Under the pieces are notes generated by a model that did no database searches, was not told the origin of the DNA, and was given only the letters and a program-made list of their open reading frames with translations. Positions 9,380 to 18,010 of a stretch of DNA of 34,636 bases are shown here, one piece after another. Within the stretch, counting starts at the first letter, position 1; the number at the start of each line of letters is the position of its first letter. Source of the stretch: Lachnospiraceae bacterium (GTDB lineage Bacteria; Bacillota; Clostridia; Lachnospirales; Lachnospiraceae); NCBI GenBank assembly GCA_021202715.1, contig JAJQCL010000192.1:1-34636 (forward strand), in the 5' to 3' direction. The translations under genes and the position numbers were made by a program.

Positions 9380-9444
9380 AGCCCGCGCAGGCGAGTAAGA
9401 GGCGATAAAGCTGCCTCCTACTCGATTGAAAAGGAGAGGAAACC

Positions 9445-10629
9445 ATGAATTTTATTTTTATTTCACCGAATTTTCCCACGAACTATTATCATTTCTGTGA
9501 GGAGCTGAAGAAGAACGGCGTCAATGTCCTGGGCATCGGCGACTGCCCCTACGGGGAGCTGACGCCGGAGTGCCGGGGATCTCTGAACGAATACTATAAG
9601 GTGGATTCGCTGGAGGATTATGACGCGGTCTACCGGGCGGTGGCCTTTTTTGCCTTCAAATACGGTCGCATCGACTGGATCGAGAGCAACAATGAATACT
9701 GGCTGGAGCAGGATGCGGCGCTGCGGACGGATTTCCATGTGACCACCGGCTTCCAGACCTCGGACATGAAGAAGGTCAAGTATAAATCGGCCATGAAGGC
9801 TTATTATAAGAAGGCCGGGATCCCCACGGCCCGCTATCTGATGGTCAGCACACTGCTGGCGGTGAAGACCTTCGCCGAGGAGGTCGGCTATCCGGTCATC
9901 GTCAAGCCGGACAACGGCGTGGGCGCCAGTGACACGCATCGTATTGAAAATGAGGAGGAGCTTACGGCCTTCTTCGAGCGCCCGATCGATGTCCCCTACA
10001 TCATGGAGGAGCTGGTGCGCGGCGTGGTCTGCTCCTACGACGCGATCATCGACAGCGAGGGGCATCCGATCTTTGAGTCCGGCAATGTCTCCCCGATGAA
10101 CATCATGGATATCGTCAACGATCAGGACAACTGCTTCTTCTACATGGTAAAGAACCTGCCCGATGATGTGCGGGACGCCGGACGGCGCACGATCGCCGCG
10201 TTCGAGGTGAAGAGCCGTTTCGTGCATCTGGAATTCTTCCGTCTGCAGGAGGATCAGGAGGGGCTGGGGAAGAAGGGCGACATCGTCGGCCTGGAGGTGA
10301 ACATGCGTCCCTCCGGCGGCGTCAGCCCCGATATGCACAATTTCGCCAACAGCACCGATGTGTACAAGATCTGGGCAGATATGGTGACTTACGACAGTTC
10401 CCTCTACGGGCAGGGTGGCGAGCACTATTACTGCGGCTTCGGCAGCCGCCGGAAGGAGCACACATTCCGGCGCAGCCACGAGGAGATCATGGCGAAATAC
10501 GGCCCCCACATCTGCCAGGAGGGCCCCGTGCCGGAGGCTCTCTCCAGCGCCATGGGCGATTATATGTATCTGGTTCGCTTCAAGGAGGAGGACGAGCTGT
10601 TCAACTTTATCCGGGAGCTGTTCGAGTAA
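9445..10629 (+). CDS. ATP-grasp domain protein (carboxylate-amine/thiol ligase superfamily), substrate unknown
   Basis: 394 aa. There is a pre-ATP-grasp Rossmann-like start (MNFIFISPNFPTNYYHF...VNVLGIGD), and central YPVIVKPDNGVGASD and LEFFR...GLEVNMRP segments typical of ATP-grasp nucleotide-binding strands. The RBS is aaaggagagg. Confidence 0.7.
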   Translation: MNFIFISPNFPTNYYHFCEELKKNGVNVLGIGDCPYGELTPECRGSLNEYYKVDSLEDYDAVYRAVAFFAFKYGRIDWIESNNEYWLEQDAALRTDFHVTTGFQTSDMKKVKYKSAMKAYYKKAGIPTARYLMVSTLLAVKTFAEEVGYPVIVKPDNGVGASDTHRIENEEELTAFFERPIDVPYIMEELVRGVVCSYDAIIDSEGHPIFESGNVSPMNIMDIVNDQDNCFFYMVKNLPDDVRDAGRRTIAAFEVKSRFVHLEFFRLQEDQEGLGKKGDIVGLEVNMRPSGGVSPDMHNFANSTDVYKIWADMVTYDSSLYGQGGEHYYCGFGSRRKEHTFRRSHEEIMAKYGPHICQEGPVPEALSSAMGDYMYLVRFKEEDELFNFIRELFE

Positions 10630-10728
10630 AAAGAACTCCGGCCTGTAGCCGGAGAAGAGATACAATGTGGGAAACGGCCGCCGCAGGAGAACTTCGGGCG
10701 GCCGTTTCCGCAGGGAGGAGTACGAACG

Positions 10729-11484
10729 ATGGAATGGATCCTGGGAGCGGCAGGAGCTTTCTGCTTTGTATATTTTGTTGTGTGCGGCCTTTACGCCGGG
10801 TTCGGCGCGTCTTTTCTCGGCCTCTGGCCGGTACTGGGCGTCTTCCTGACGATATGGGCGTTGTCCATGCATCAGGTGAAGGCCGGGCATGTGCTGATCC
10901 ACCTGCCCCGGGGGCTGAAGATTGCCATCTCCGGCGTCCTCCTGTTGGGCGTTCTGGTTTTTGCCGTCATGGAGATCTTGATTGCCTCGCAGATGTTTGC
11001 TGCCGGGGAAGAGAATCTCGATTACCTCATCGTCCTCGGCGCGCAGGTGCGGGGCGACACGGTCAGTGTGGCTCTGGAGGCGCGGCTTGAGAGTGCGAAG
11101 GCCTATCTGGAGGAGAATCCAGACACGCAGGCGATCCTCTCCGGCGGTCAGGGATCCGGTGAGAACCTGACGGAGGCGAAGGCCATGTACGAGTGGCTGA
11201 CAGAGCGGGGCATTGACGGGAACCGTCTGATTCTGGAGGAGGCTTCTACCAGCACCTGGGAGAACCTGACCTTCAGCCGGGAACTCATCGGTTCCACGGA
11301 TGTCTCCGTGGGCATCGTCACCAACAATTTCCACGTTTACCGGGGGACGATGCTGGCCCGGTGCGCCGGTTTCACGCAGGTGTCCGGCATCGCCGCCGAA
11401 TCGCACACGGTCATGCAGCTGCACTTCCTCGTCCGGGAGGGGCTGGCTTTGGCGAAGGATCTGGTGAGGTACCGGATGCTATGA
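10729..11484 (+). CDS. YdcF/DUF218 family membrane protein (ElyC/SanA-like)
   Basis: N-terminal TM helices are followed by the DUF218 pattern LIVLGAQVRGD...ILSGGQGSGENLTEAKAM...EEASTSTWENL...IVTNNFHVYR. Confidence 0.75.
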   Translation: MEWILGAAGAFCFVYFVVCGLYAGFGASFLGLWPVLGVFLTIWALSMHQVKAGHVLIHLPRGLKIAISGVLLLGVLVFAVMEILIASQMFAAGEENLDYLIVLGAQVRGDTVSVALEARLESAKAYLEENPDTQAILSGGQGSGENLTEAKAMYEWLTERGIDGNRLILEEASTSTWENLTFSRELIGSTDVSVGIVTNNFHVYRGTMLARCAGFTQVSGIAAESHTVMQLHFLVREGLALAKDLVRYRML

Positions 11485-11600
11485 TGCAGCCATACGTGTG
11501 GACACTATAGTTTTTTTAGTGTTTAACACGAAAAACATGAAAAGAAAGAAGACTTTTTCAGGTTTGACCGTAACAAATATGAAAAACAGGGATAAAAATA

Positions 11601-11643
11601 CACCCCGGCCGCAGGTTTCAAAGGCCGGGGTGCCATCTTTTTC
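11601..11643. terminator. Bidirectional terminator between the convergent ydcF-like gene and metY
   Basis: A 10-bp GC-rich stem pairs caccccggcc (11601-11610) with ggccggggtg (11623-11632). It is followed by ccatcttttt on the plus strand and preceded by ataaaaata (a T-run on the minus strand). Confidence 0.72.
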
Positions 11644-11653
11644 TACTTGTTGT

Positions 11654-12958
11654 CTACCGCACCGCTTCAAAGGCGCTCTCCAGGGCGGCGATCAGGTCGT
11701 CCGCATTCTCGATGCCGATGGAGAGGCGGATGGTGTTCGGTTTAATTCCCTGATCTAACAGCTCTTCGTCTGTGAGCTGGGAGTGGGTGGTGCTGGCCGG
11801 GTGAATTACGAGCGATTTCACGTCGGCGACGTTGGCCAACAGGGAGAAGATGGGCAGATTGTCGATGAATTTCTTTGCCGTTTCGGCGTCTCCTTTGATT
11901 TCAAAGGTGAAGATCGAGCCGCCGCCGTGGGGGAAATACTTCTCATACAGCGCGTGGCTGGGTTCGCTGGGGAGGGACGGATGGTGAACCGCCTCCACCT
12001 GGGGATGGTTGTCCAGATAATCTACAACCTTCAGGGCATTTTCCACGTGCTTATTCACGCGCAGGGAGAGGGTCTCCAGGCCCTGGAGGAAGAGGAAGGC
12101 GTGGAACGGGGAGAGCGTCGCGCCGGTGTCCCGCAGCAGGATGGCCCGGATGTAGGTGGCGAAGGCCGCCGGGCCGACCGCCTCGGCGAAGGAGATGCCG
12201 TGGTAGCTGGGGTTCGGCTCCGAGATCCATGGATAGCGGCCGGAGGCTTTCCAGTCGAAGGTGCCGCCGTCGACGATGACGCCGCCGATGGCCGTGCCGT
12301 GACCGCCGATAAATTTGGTGGCGGAGTGGACGACGATGTCAGCGCCGTATTCGATCGGCCGCACCAGGTAGGGCGTGGCGAAGGTCGAGTCGATGACCAG
12401 CGGAATCCCGTGCCGGTGGGCGACCTGCGCTACGGCCTCGATGTCAATGATGTTGGAATTGGGATTGCCGAGGGTCTCGATGAAGAGCGCCTTGGTATTC
12501 TCCTGAATCGCCGCTTCGAAGGAACCCTCTTCGTCCGGATCCACGAAGGTGGTGGTGATGCCGGAGGTCAGCGGCAGCGTGTGCGCCAACAGGTTGTAGG
12601 TGCCGCCGTAAATGGTCTTCGAGGCCACGATGTGCTCGCCGCTTTTGGCCAGAGCCAGGAAAGCATACTCGATGGCTGCCGCGCCGGAAGCCGTCGCTAC
12701 CGCGGCTGAGCCGCCCTCCAGAGAGGCCATCCTCTCCTCAAAGACGCTGTCCGTGGGATTGGTCAGTCTCCCATAGATATTGCCCGCATCCCGCAGTCCG
12801 AAGCGGTCCGCTGCGTGCTGTGAATTGTGGAAGACGAAGGAGGTGCTGGCGTAAATGGGGACGGCCCGTGCGTCCGTCGCAGGGTCCGCCTGCTCCTGCC
12901 CGATGTGCAGCTGCCTCGTCTCAAAGCTCCAGTTTTTAGAATCACGAATGTCAGACAT
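11654..12958 (-). CDS. metY: O-acetylhomoserine sulfhydrylase (aminocarboxypropyltransferase), PLP-dependent
   Basis: WSFETRQLHIGQ...AVPIYASTSFVF...GNIYGRLTNPT and the PLP-lysine region HSATKFIGGHGTAIGG are present. I place the start at the ATG at 12958, preceded by gtaaggaggaattgaac. The listed 10-aa extension lacks an RBS. Confidence 0.88.
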   Translation of the reverse strand: MSDIRDSKNWSFETRQLHIGQEQADPATDARAVPIYASTSFVFHNSQHAADRFGLRDAGNIYGRLTNPTDSVFEERMASLEGGSAAVATASGAAAIEYAFLALAKSGEHIVASKTIYGGTYNLLAHTLPLTSGITTTFVDPDEEGSFEAAIQENTKALFIETLGNPNSNIIDIEAVAQVAHRHGIPLVIDSTFATPYLVRPIEYGADIVVHSATKFIGGHGTAIGGVIVDGGTFDWKASGRYPWISEPNPSYHGISFAEAVGPAAFATYIRAILLRDTGATLSPFHAFLFLQGLETLSLRVNKHVENALKVVDYLDNHPQVEAVHHPSLPSEPSHALYEKYFPHGGGSIFTFEIKGDAETAKKFIDNLPIFSLLANVADVKSLVIHPASTTHSQLTDEELLDQGIKPNTIRLSIGIENADDLIAALESAFEAVR

Positions 12959-13113
12959 GTTCAATTCCTCCTTACATATATTCCGCATGACTTCAGAAAA
13001 GCTCCCGCAGCGGCTTTGCTGAGTATGAGCTGATTCGTCCTGTAATATACCGAACCGTCAGGCGAATGATGTTTTCTGGCATTATTATACGGAATGGGAG
13101 GATGCCTGTCCAA
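12959..13113 (-). promoter_or_regulatory. metY promoter plus ~115-nt structured leader of unassigned class
   Basis: The minus strand reads ttggac (13108-13113)-18 nt-tataat (13084-13089). The leader contains two stem-loops (cattcgcc...ggacgaatc and agctc...cagc-aaagcc-gctg...gagct followed by tttt). I could not match it to SAM-I or T-box signatures. Confidence 0.4.
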
Positions 13114-13119
13114 TACGTG

Positions 13120-13158
13120 AAAAACATAGCGAGGTATAGCTTGAAACTATACCTCGCT
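13120..13158 (-). terminator. Rho-independent terminator ending the four-gene glycan-modification operon
   Basis: A perfect 12-bp stem pairs agcgaggtatag (13128-13139) with ctatacctcgct (13147-13158) around a 7-nt loop. On the minus strand it is followed by atgttttt. Confidence 0.78.
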
Positions 13159-13220
13159 GCCAGATCCTGTTCTATGACGATGATACCAGGGACGAGTGTC
13201 ATGAATGAAGCGCTTACATT

Positions 13221-14399
13221 TTAATCTACAGATATCTTGATGTTTTTCAGCGCCTCTTTGAGCGTCTCCTCGGCTTCGGTCAGCGTCCGTCCCTTGGTGA
13301 TCACATGCCCGATCCGGTCCGGTCCGACGTGGAACTTCCGTACGGAATCCCCGACGCCGTAATCGAAATGGATCTCGCAGAGATTCCCGCCCACGGTGTT
13401 CTCATTCTGAATCGAGGAGATGATTCCGGTCCGGTCGCTTCTCAGCAGCTTGCTGGCATTGGGAACGGCCATCTCGCTGGCGAAGGAGACATCCTCGCCG
13501 AGGGCCGCGCGGATCATTTTCTCATAATAATTGTAGCCGTAGTAGATCGATACCAGCTCTGCGAGGCAGGTGGCGCCGGAGCGCCCGCCGATTTCCAGCA
13601 CATAGACCTTACCCTCTGACAGAATGAAGTCGGCGTTGATGGCGCAGTTGTCGATCCCAAGGGCGGCCGCAGCTCCGGCCAGCTGACGGCGGGTATCTTC
13701 AATCACTTCGTCGCTTTGCTCATACGGCGCGAAATGCCCGGCCGGGACGCCGGTATCCCCGTGAAAGACATAATCTCCATGAGGCAGGATGAACTGAAGC
13801 TCATGATTCCGGATATAGGCCTGTGCGCCGAATTCTTCTCCTTCGATGAATTCCTCGACAATGTAATAATCGAGCCGCGTGTTCGCGCGTACATTTTCCC
13901 GCGCTGCGGCGAACTGCGTTTCGTCATCCACGCGCATGATGCCGCGGCTTCCCGACGTGTCCACCGCTTTGAACATCAGCGGCAGCCGGAGCCCGGCGAG
14001 CTTCCCGGCGAGATCCGCCTCATCGATCGCTACGCGGCGGAAACGGGCCGTGCGCACACCGGCGGCCTCGTATTTCTCCTTCATCAGGAACTTATTGGAC
14101 GCATTTTTCGCCGCTTCATAGCTCAGGCCGGTCAGACCGAGTGCGTCGCAGACCTTCCCGATCGTGACGACGGCGACGTCGGTTCCCGCCGTGAGGATGC
14201 CGTCGATCTGTTCTTCGCGGGCGATCTCCAGAATTTTATCAGCATCGACGGTATTTTCATAGTACACCTTGTCGGCCGCGGCAAAACCCGGATAGTTTCC
14301 GGGGATGCTGACGACGATGGTATACAGCCCCATCTGCCGGGCAGTCTCAATCAGCGGCAGCTGATAGATCCCCGCTCCCAGTATCATCAATTTCTTCAT
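13221..14399 (-). CDS. ATP-grasp domain ligase (carboxylate-amine ligase type common in glycan loci)
   Basis: 392 aa. MKKLMILGAGIYQLPLI...IVVS is a pre-ATP-grasp Rossmann start. LMFKAVDTSGSRGI, IVEEFIEGEEF and VYVLEIGGR are the ATP-grasp B/C-domain strands. It is the last gene of the operon, and its start overlaps the GT2 3' end by 53 nt. Confidence 0.75.
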   Translation of the reverse strand: MKKLMILGAGIYQLPLIETARQMGLYTIVVSIPGNYPGFAAADKVYYENTVDADKILEIAREEQIDGILTAGTDVAVVTIGKVCDALGLTGLSYEAAKNASNKFLMKEKYEAAGVRTARFRRVAIDEADLAGKLAGLRLPLMFKAVDTSGSRGIMRVDDETQFAAARENVRANTRLDYYIVEEFIEGEEFGAQAYIRNHELQFILPHGDYVFHGDTGVPAGHFAPYEQSDEVIEDTRRQLAGAAAALGIDNCAINADFILSEGKVYVLEIGGRSGATCLAELVSIYYGYNYYEKMIRAALGEDVSFASEMAVPNASKLLRSDRTGIISSIQNENTVGGNLCEIHFDYGVGDSVRKFHVGPDRIGHVITKGRTLTEAEETLKEALKNIKISVD

Positions 14400-15339
14400 T
14401 TCCTTTTTCTTTCCTCTCTATTCCGCAGGTTTCCCGCACGACGTACTGCGGATTCCGGTTCATTCCCAGGAACATCCGCCCCACATATTCACCGATCAGC
14501 CCCATGAAGAGAAGGTTGACGCCGGAGAAAAAGCAGATGGCGGCCATCATCGAGGGCCAGCCGATGGCCATGGAGGGATTCAGCAGTCTGCGGATGACGA
14601 TAAACAGGGCGCCCAGGATGCCCAGTACCGAGAATACATAGCCCACATAGGTGGCCAGTCGGAGCGGTACGACCGAGAAGCCGATGATGTTCGACCAGAG
14701 CCGCACGAGCTTCTTGAAGGTGTAGTTCGACTTGCCCACCTCGCGTTCGAAATGTTCGATCGGAATGCAGCTGATATTTCGGGTGGTCCGCAGGAACAGC
14801 CCCTGCGTATAGGCGTAGGCTCCTTTATACTGAATCACATAATCACGGACAAATTTGCGGGTCACCCAGTAGCTCGAAGAGCGCAGCCACTTTGGCTTGC
14901 CGATCAGAATCCGGGAGGAGATGTAATTGATATAGCTGCCGAAATTGCGGAAGCCGCTGTGTTTCTTCTCCGGATAATAGCCGTAAACCAGGTCATAGCC
15001 CTTCTCATATTCGGTCAGGAGCTTCCCCAGCTGCGAGGGATGCGTCTGCATGTCGTCATCCATGCCGATGATCGTATCGCCGGTGGCGAAGTTTAAGGCC
15101 GCCATGATCGCGTTGTGCTGCCCGGCATTGTGAGCCAGAAGGATGACTTTCACGTCACTGCGGGTGCGGCTCAGCTCCCGCAGCACCTGCGCGGTGGCGC
15201 CATCGTCCGGAGAGCAGTCGTCCACGAGGACAAATTCGTGCTCCGGATATCCCAGGCGGTCGAGCTCTTCCGCGGTCAGTGTGACAACCTTCCCGATCGT
15301 GCGGCTTGAATTGTAGCAGGGAATCACGACCGAGATCAT
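14347..15339 (-). CDS. Family-2 glycosyltransferase of the polyprenyl-phosphate sugar synthase type (ArnC/GtrB/CsbB-like)
   Basis: VVIPCYNS...VLVDDCSPDD...NAGQHNAIMAAL...GMDDDMQTHP is the GT-A DXD core. It is followed by two C-terminal TM helices and the GEYVGRMF...NPQYVVRE tail that marks the GtrB/ArnC subgroup. Its ATG overlaps the aminotransferase stop (ATGA at 15336-15339). Confidence 0.85.
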   Translation of the reverse strand: MISVVIPCYNSSRTIGKVVTLTAEELDRLGYPEHEFVLVDDCSPDDGATAQVLRELSRTRSDVKVILLAHNAGQHNAIMAALNFATGDTIIGMDDDMQTHPSQLGKLLTEYEKGYDLVYGYYPEKKHSGFRNFGSYINYISSRILIGKPKWLRSSSYWVTRKFVRDYVIQYKGAYAYTQGLFLRTTRNISCIPIEHFEREVGKSNYTFKKLVRLWSNIIGFSVVPLRLATYVGYVFSVLGILGALFIVIRRLLNPSMAIGWPSMMAAICFFSGVNLLFMGLIGEYVGRMFLGMNRNPQYVVRETCGIERKEKGNEEIDDTGSGDLSAAAD

Positions 15340-16478
15340 TTTGTGTGCCTCCCTGCGTAAAACTGTTTGATGCGTTCACAGACGGCGGTTACGTCGTCCT
15401 CGGTCAGCCCGTAGTACAGAGGAAGGCGCAGCAGCCGGTTACTCTCTCGGGTGGTATAGACGTCTTCCCCGTGGAAACGGCCGAACCGTTCACCGGCCGG
15501 GGCTGTATGCAGAGGAAGATAATGGAAGACCGCGGAGATCCCCGCTTCCTTCAGCCAGGCGATCAGCTCTGTCCGCTCCTCGATGTTGGCGGCCTTGATG
15601 TAAAACATATGTGCGTTATGGACGCAGCCCGCGGGAATGACGGGCAGTTCGATGGCTCCGGATGCGGCCAGAGCACTGAGCTGTTCCCGATACAGCTCCC
15701 AGCTGTGCATGCGGTCCTCATAGATTTCCTGTGCCAGCTCAAGCTGTGCCCAGAGATAGGCCGCATTCAGCTCGCTCGGCAGATAGGAGGATCCCAGATC
15801 CACCCAGGTATATTTGGAAATCTCTCCGCGGTAAAATTTGCTGCGGTTCGTCCCTTTTTCACGGATGATCTCGGCCCGTTCCACGGCCGCGGGATCCCGG
15901 ATCAGGATCGCGCCGCCCTCGCCCATGCTGTAGTTCTTGGTTTCATGGAAGCTGTAGCAGCCGAAGTCTCCGATGGCCCCCAGCGCCTGGCCTTTATATG
16001 AAGACATGACGCCCTGAGCCGCATCCTCGATCACGCAGAGATGGTATCGGCGGGCGATGTCCATGATCGTGTCCATCTCGCAGGATACCCCGGCGTAGTG
16101 CACCGGCACGATGGCGCGGGTCTTCGCGGTGACCGCGTCTTCGATGAGGTTCTCATCGATGTTCATGGTATCCGGGCGGATATCGACAAAGACGACCGTG
16201 GCCCCGCGGAGGACGAACGCGTCCGCCGTCGATACAAAGGTGTAGGAAGGCATGATCACTTCATCGCCCGGATGAATGTCCGCGAGCAGGGCTGCCATCT
16301 CGGTTGCATGGGTGCAGGAGGTGGTAAGCAACGCCTTCGCCGTTCCGGTCTTTTCCTCGATCCATCGGTTGCACTTCTGCGTAAAAGCGCCGTCGCCGCA
16401 GATCTTGTGGGATCTCACAGCCTCCATGATGTACTTGTCTTCCCGACCCGTATAGGGCGGTATGTTGAACTTGATCAT
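15336..16478 (-). CDS. wecE: DegT/DnrJ/EryC1-family PLP aminotransferase, WecE-like (NDP-4-keto-6-deoxyhexose 4-aminotransferase)
   Basis: MIKFNIPPYTGREDKYIMEAVRSHKICGDGAFTQKCNRWIEEKTG parallels the E. coli WecE N-terminus as I recall it (MIPFNAPPVVGTELDYMQSAMGSGKLCGDGGFTRRCQQWLEQRFG). The SFHETKN PLP-lysine region is present. Confidence 0.82.
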   Translation of the reverse strand: MIKFNIPPYTGREDKYIMEAVRSHKICGDGAFTQKCNRWIEEKTGTAKALLTTSCTHATEMAALLADIHPGDEVIMPSYTFVSTADAFVLRGATVVFVDIRPDTMNIDENLIEDAVTAKTRAIVPVHYAGVSCEMDTIMDIARRYHLCVIEDAAQGVMSSYKGQALGAIGDFGCYSFHETKNYSMGEGGAILIRDPAAVERAEIIREKGTNRSKFYRGEISKYTWVDLGSSYLPSELNAAYLWAQLELAQEIYEDRMHSWELYREQLSALAASGAIELPVIPAGCVHNAHMFYIKAANIEERTELIAWLKEAGISAVFHYLPLHTAPAGERFGRFHGEDVYTTRESNRLLRLPLYYGLTEDDVTAVCERIKQFYAGRHTK

Positions 16479-16540
16479 TGTTCACGGTCTCCCTGTGTTA
16501 TGTATCCGCGTCCTGTATGCTGCTCCCCCAAAGGGCGTTT

Positions 16541-17863
16541 TCAGTGTGTTTCACTGATCTCGCAGGCAAAGCAGCGCATCTTGCCGTTCTTATCCGGCGG
16601 AATCACATCCATCCAGTCGAAGAGCAGCTGGAACTCATCGCCGAAGAGCTCCGCCATCTTTTTCGCGAAGAAATCCTCGATTTCTTCACGGGTGTGTTCG
16701 TGATTGTCCGGATCGGCGACCAGCTGCACCCTCATGTCATGCCAGGATTCCTGAATGAACTTAAACTGGGCGATGCCGGTGATGCCGTTCGGGATCTTCA
16801 TCAGATACAGCGCCGAGGTTTCGGGGCCGTTTTCATGTCGGACGAGGTCGTTCACCCGCCCCTGGATGCTCTTTAAATATCTCACGCCGTCCAACGTCAC
16901 GCTGGAAGCCCGGGCGCCGATCTCATAATTGATGAACGGGAAGTCCTTCTTGAAAAGCGTGGTGACGATCACGCGGCCGTCGTCCGTCAACTGGTTTTGT
17001 TCATTATAGATATTCACTACATGCGTATCGCTGTGAATGTAGAATAGGTCAGCGCCGGGAAGTTTCACGGCGATGCTGCCGGTCTCCGAGCTTCCATAGG
17101 CATCGAAGAGTCCGTCGCCAAAGGCTTCCGTCAGGATGCTGCGCGTCATCTCGTCCACCATCTCGCTGACCGGCGTATACAGCTTTGGCTTATAAATAGT
17201 CAGCCCATGCTTCTTCGCATAGAGAGCCATGCGCACCAGACAATTCCGCCGGAAACAGAGCACGTCCGGTTTGTATTCATTCAGCTCGCGGATGACATCC
17301 CCGATGCCGTCGCCGACACAGTTGTCCTCGGAGACCACTCTGCGCCGCATCAGACCGAACTTCTGGATGATCGAATCACCTTTCTTCGGATCGATCTTCT
17401 TATGGCTGGTGACAAAGGAGAACATCTTCCCGCGCAGGGGATGATAGCCCGCAAACATCAGCACCCGGATCCAGTTCGCGTCCACACAGGCACATTCTCT
17501 CTGGGTCTGCATGAACTTGAGCGGGATACCCGAAGAACCGCTGGTGGCAAAGAGCGTCCAGCTGTCATGCTTCTCCGGATGGGCGTCATATTCCTCCTGC
17601 ATCCAGGTGCGGATATCCGCCCGGGAAGTGGTGGGAAATTTCGCCAGATCCTCCGCGGAATGGAAATCCTCCGGGGTGAGATGGTTCTCATCAAAACGTT
17701 TCCGGTAAAAAGGAATCTCATAAGCCCGTTTCATCAGCTCATGGACCTTCTTCCCCTGGCGGCGGCGAATAAAATCCCGATCTTCCGGAATCTTCCGGTC
17801 CAGCTTCATCAGGTAGTAAAAGGTCATCACATTTTTCAGTTTTTTCTCGGGTACAAAAGCCAT
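16541..17863 (-). CDS. Adenylate-forming enzyme of the phenylacetate-CoA ligase / CapK / F390-synthetase family
   Basis: The acyl-AMP P-loop-like motif is present as TSGSSGIPLKF. IPFYRKRFDENHLTPEDF...LAKFPTTSRADI is the typical PaaK/CapK N-terminal region. A strong RBS (ggaggag) lies 4 nt upstream. It is the first gene of the minus-strand operon. Confidence 0.75.
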   Translation of the reverse strand: MAFVPEKKLKNVMTFYYLMKLDRKIPEDRDFIRRRQGKKVHELMKRAYEIPFYRKRFDENHLTPEDFHSAEDLAKFPTTSRADIRTWMQEEYDAHPEKHDSWTLFATSGSSGIPLKFMQTQRECACVDANWIRVLMFAGYHPLRGKMFSFVTSHKKIDPKKGDSIIQKFGLMRRRVVSEDNCVGDGIGDVIRELNEYKPDVLCFRRNCLVRMALYAKKHGLTIYKPKLYTPVSEMVDEMTRSILTEAFGDGLFDAYGSSETGSIAVKLPGADLFYIHSDTHVVNIYNEQNQLTDDGRVIVTTLFKKDFPFINYEIGARASSVTLDGVRYLKSIQGRVNDLVRHENGPETSALYLMKIPNGITGIAQFKFIQESWHDMRVQLVADPDNHEHTREEIEDFFAKKMAELFGDEFQLLFDWMDVIPPDKNGKMRCFACEISETH

Positions 17864-17924
17864 CTTACTCCTCCAAATATCGGCCTGACTATTCTATCAT
17901 ATACCGTCGTGAAACTCAAGCTCC

Positions 17925-17952
17925 TTGCAAATCACTTTCTTTCGTGTATAAT
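17925..17952 (+). promoter_or_regulatory. Candidate sigma-A promoter for the flippase gene
   Basis: ttgcaa (17925-17930)-16 nt-tataat (17947-17952). It is followed by a 5'-UTR hairpin cagcccc...ggggctg and GGAGG 5 nt before the ATG at 18011. Confidence 0.45.
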
Positions 17953-18010
17953 AGGGACAGGGTTCAGCCCCCTCTTACCGGCAGGGGCTGCCCCGTTCCG
18001 GGAGGCACAG

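Noticed and set aside
9463-11424. 653-aa minus-strand ORF, the second-longest ORF in the track
   Set aside because: It lies antisense to two genes with recognisable domains (ATP-grasp, DUF218). Its translation is Arg/Gly/His/Leu/Pro-rich with no motif, RBS or domain. It is a typical shadow ORF of high-GC coding DNA.
11495-11600. AT-rich ~100-nt spacer between convergent genes, considered as a small RNA gene
   Set aside because: No promoter plus terminator pair on either strand brackets it separately from the shared terminator at 11601-11643. There is no convincing secondary structure, so the evidence is insufficient.
17207-18010. 268-aa N-terminal extension of the flippase ORF (listed as 17207-19450)
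   Set aside because: The extension is antisense to the CapK-like gene and non-hydrophobic. The PST-family sequence begins exactly at the in-frame ATG at 18011, which has GGAGG 5 nt upstream and its own promoter.
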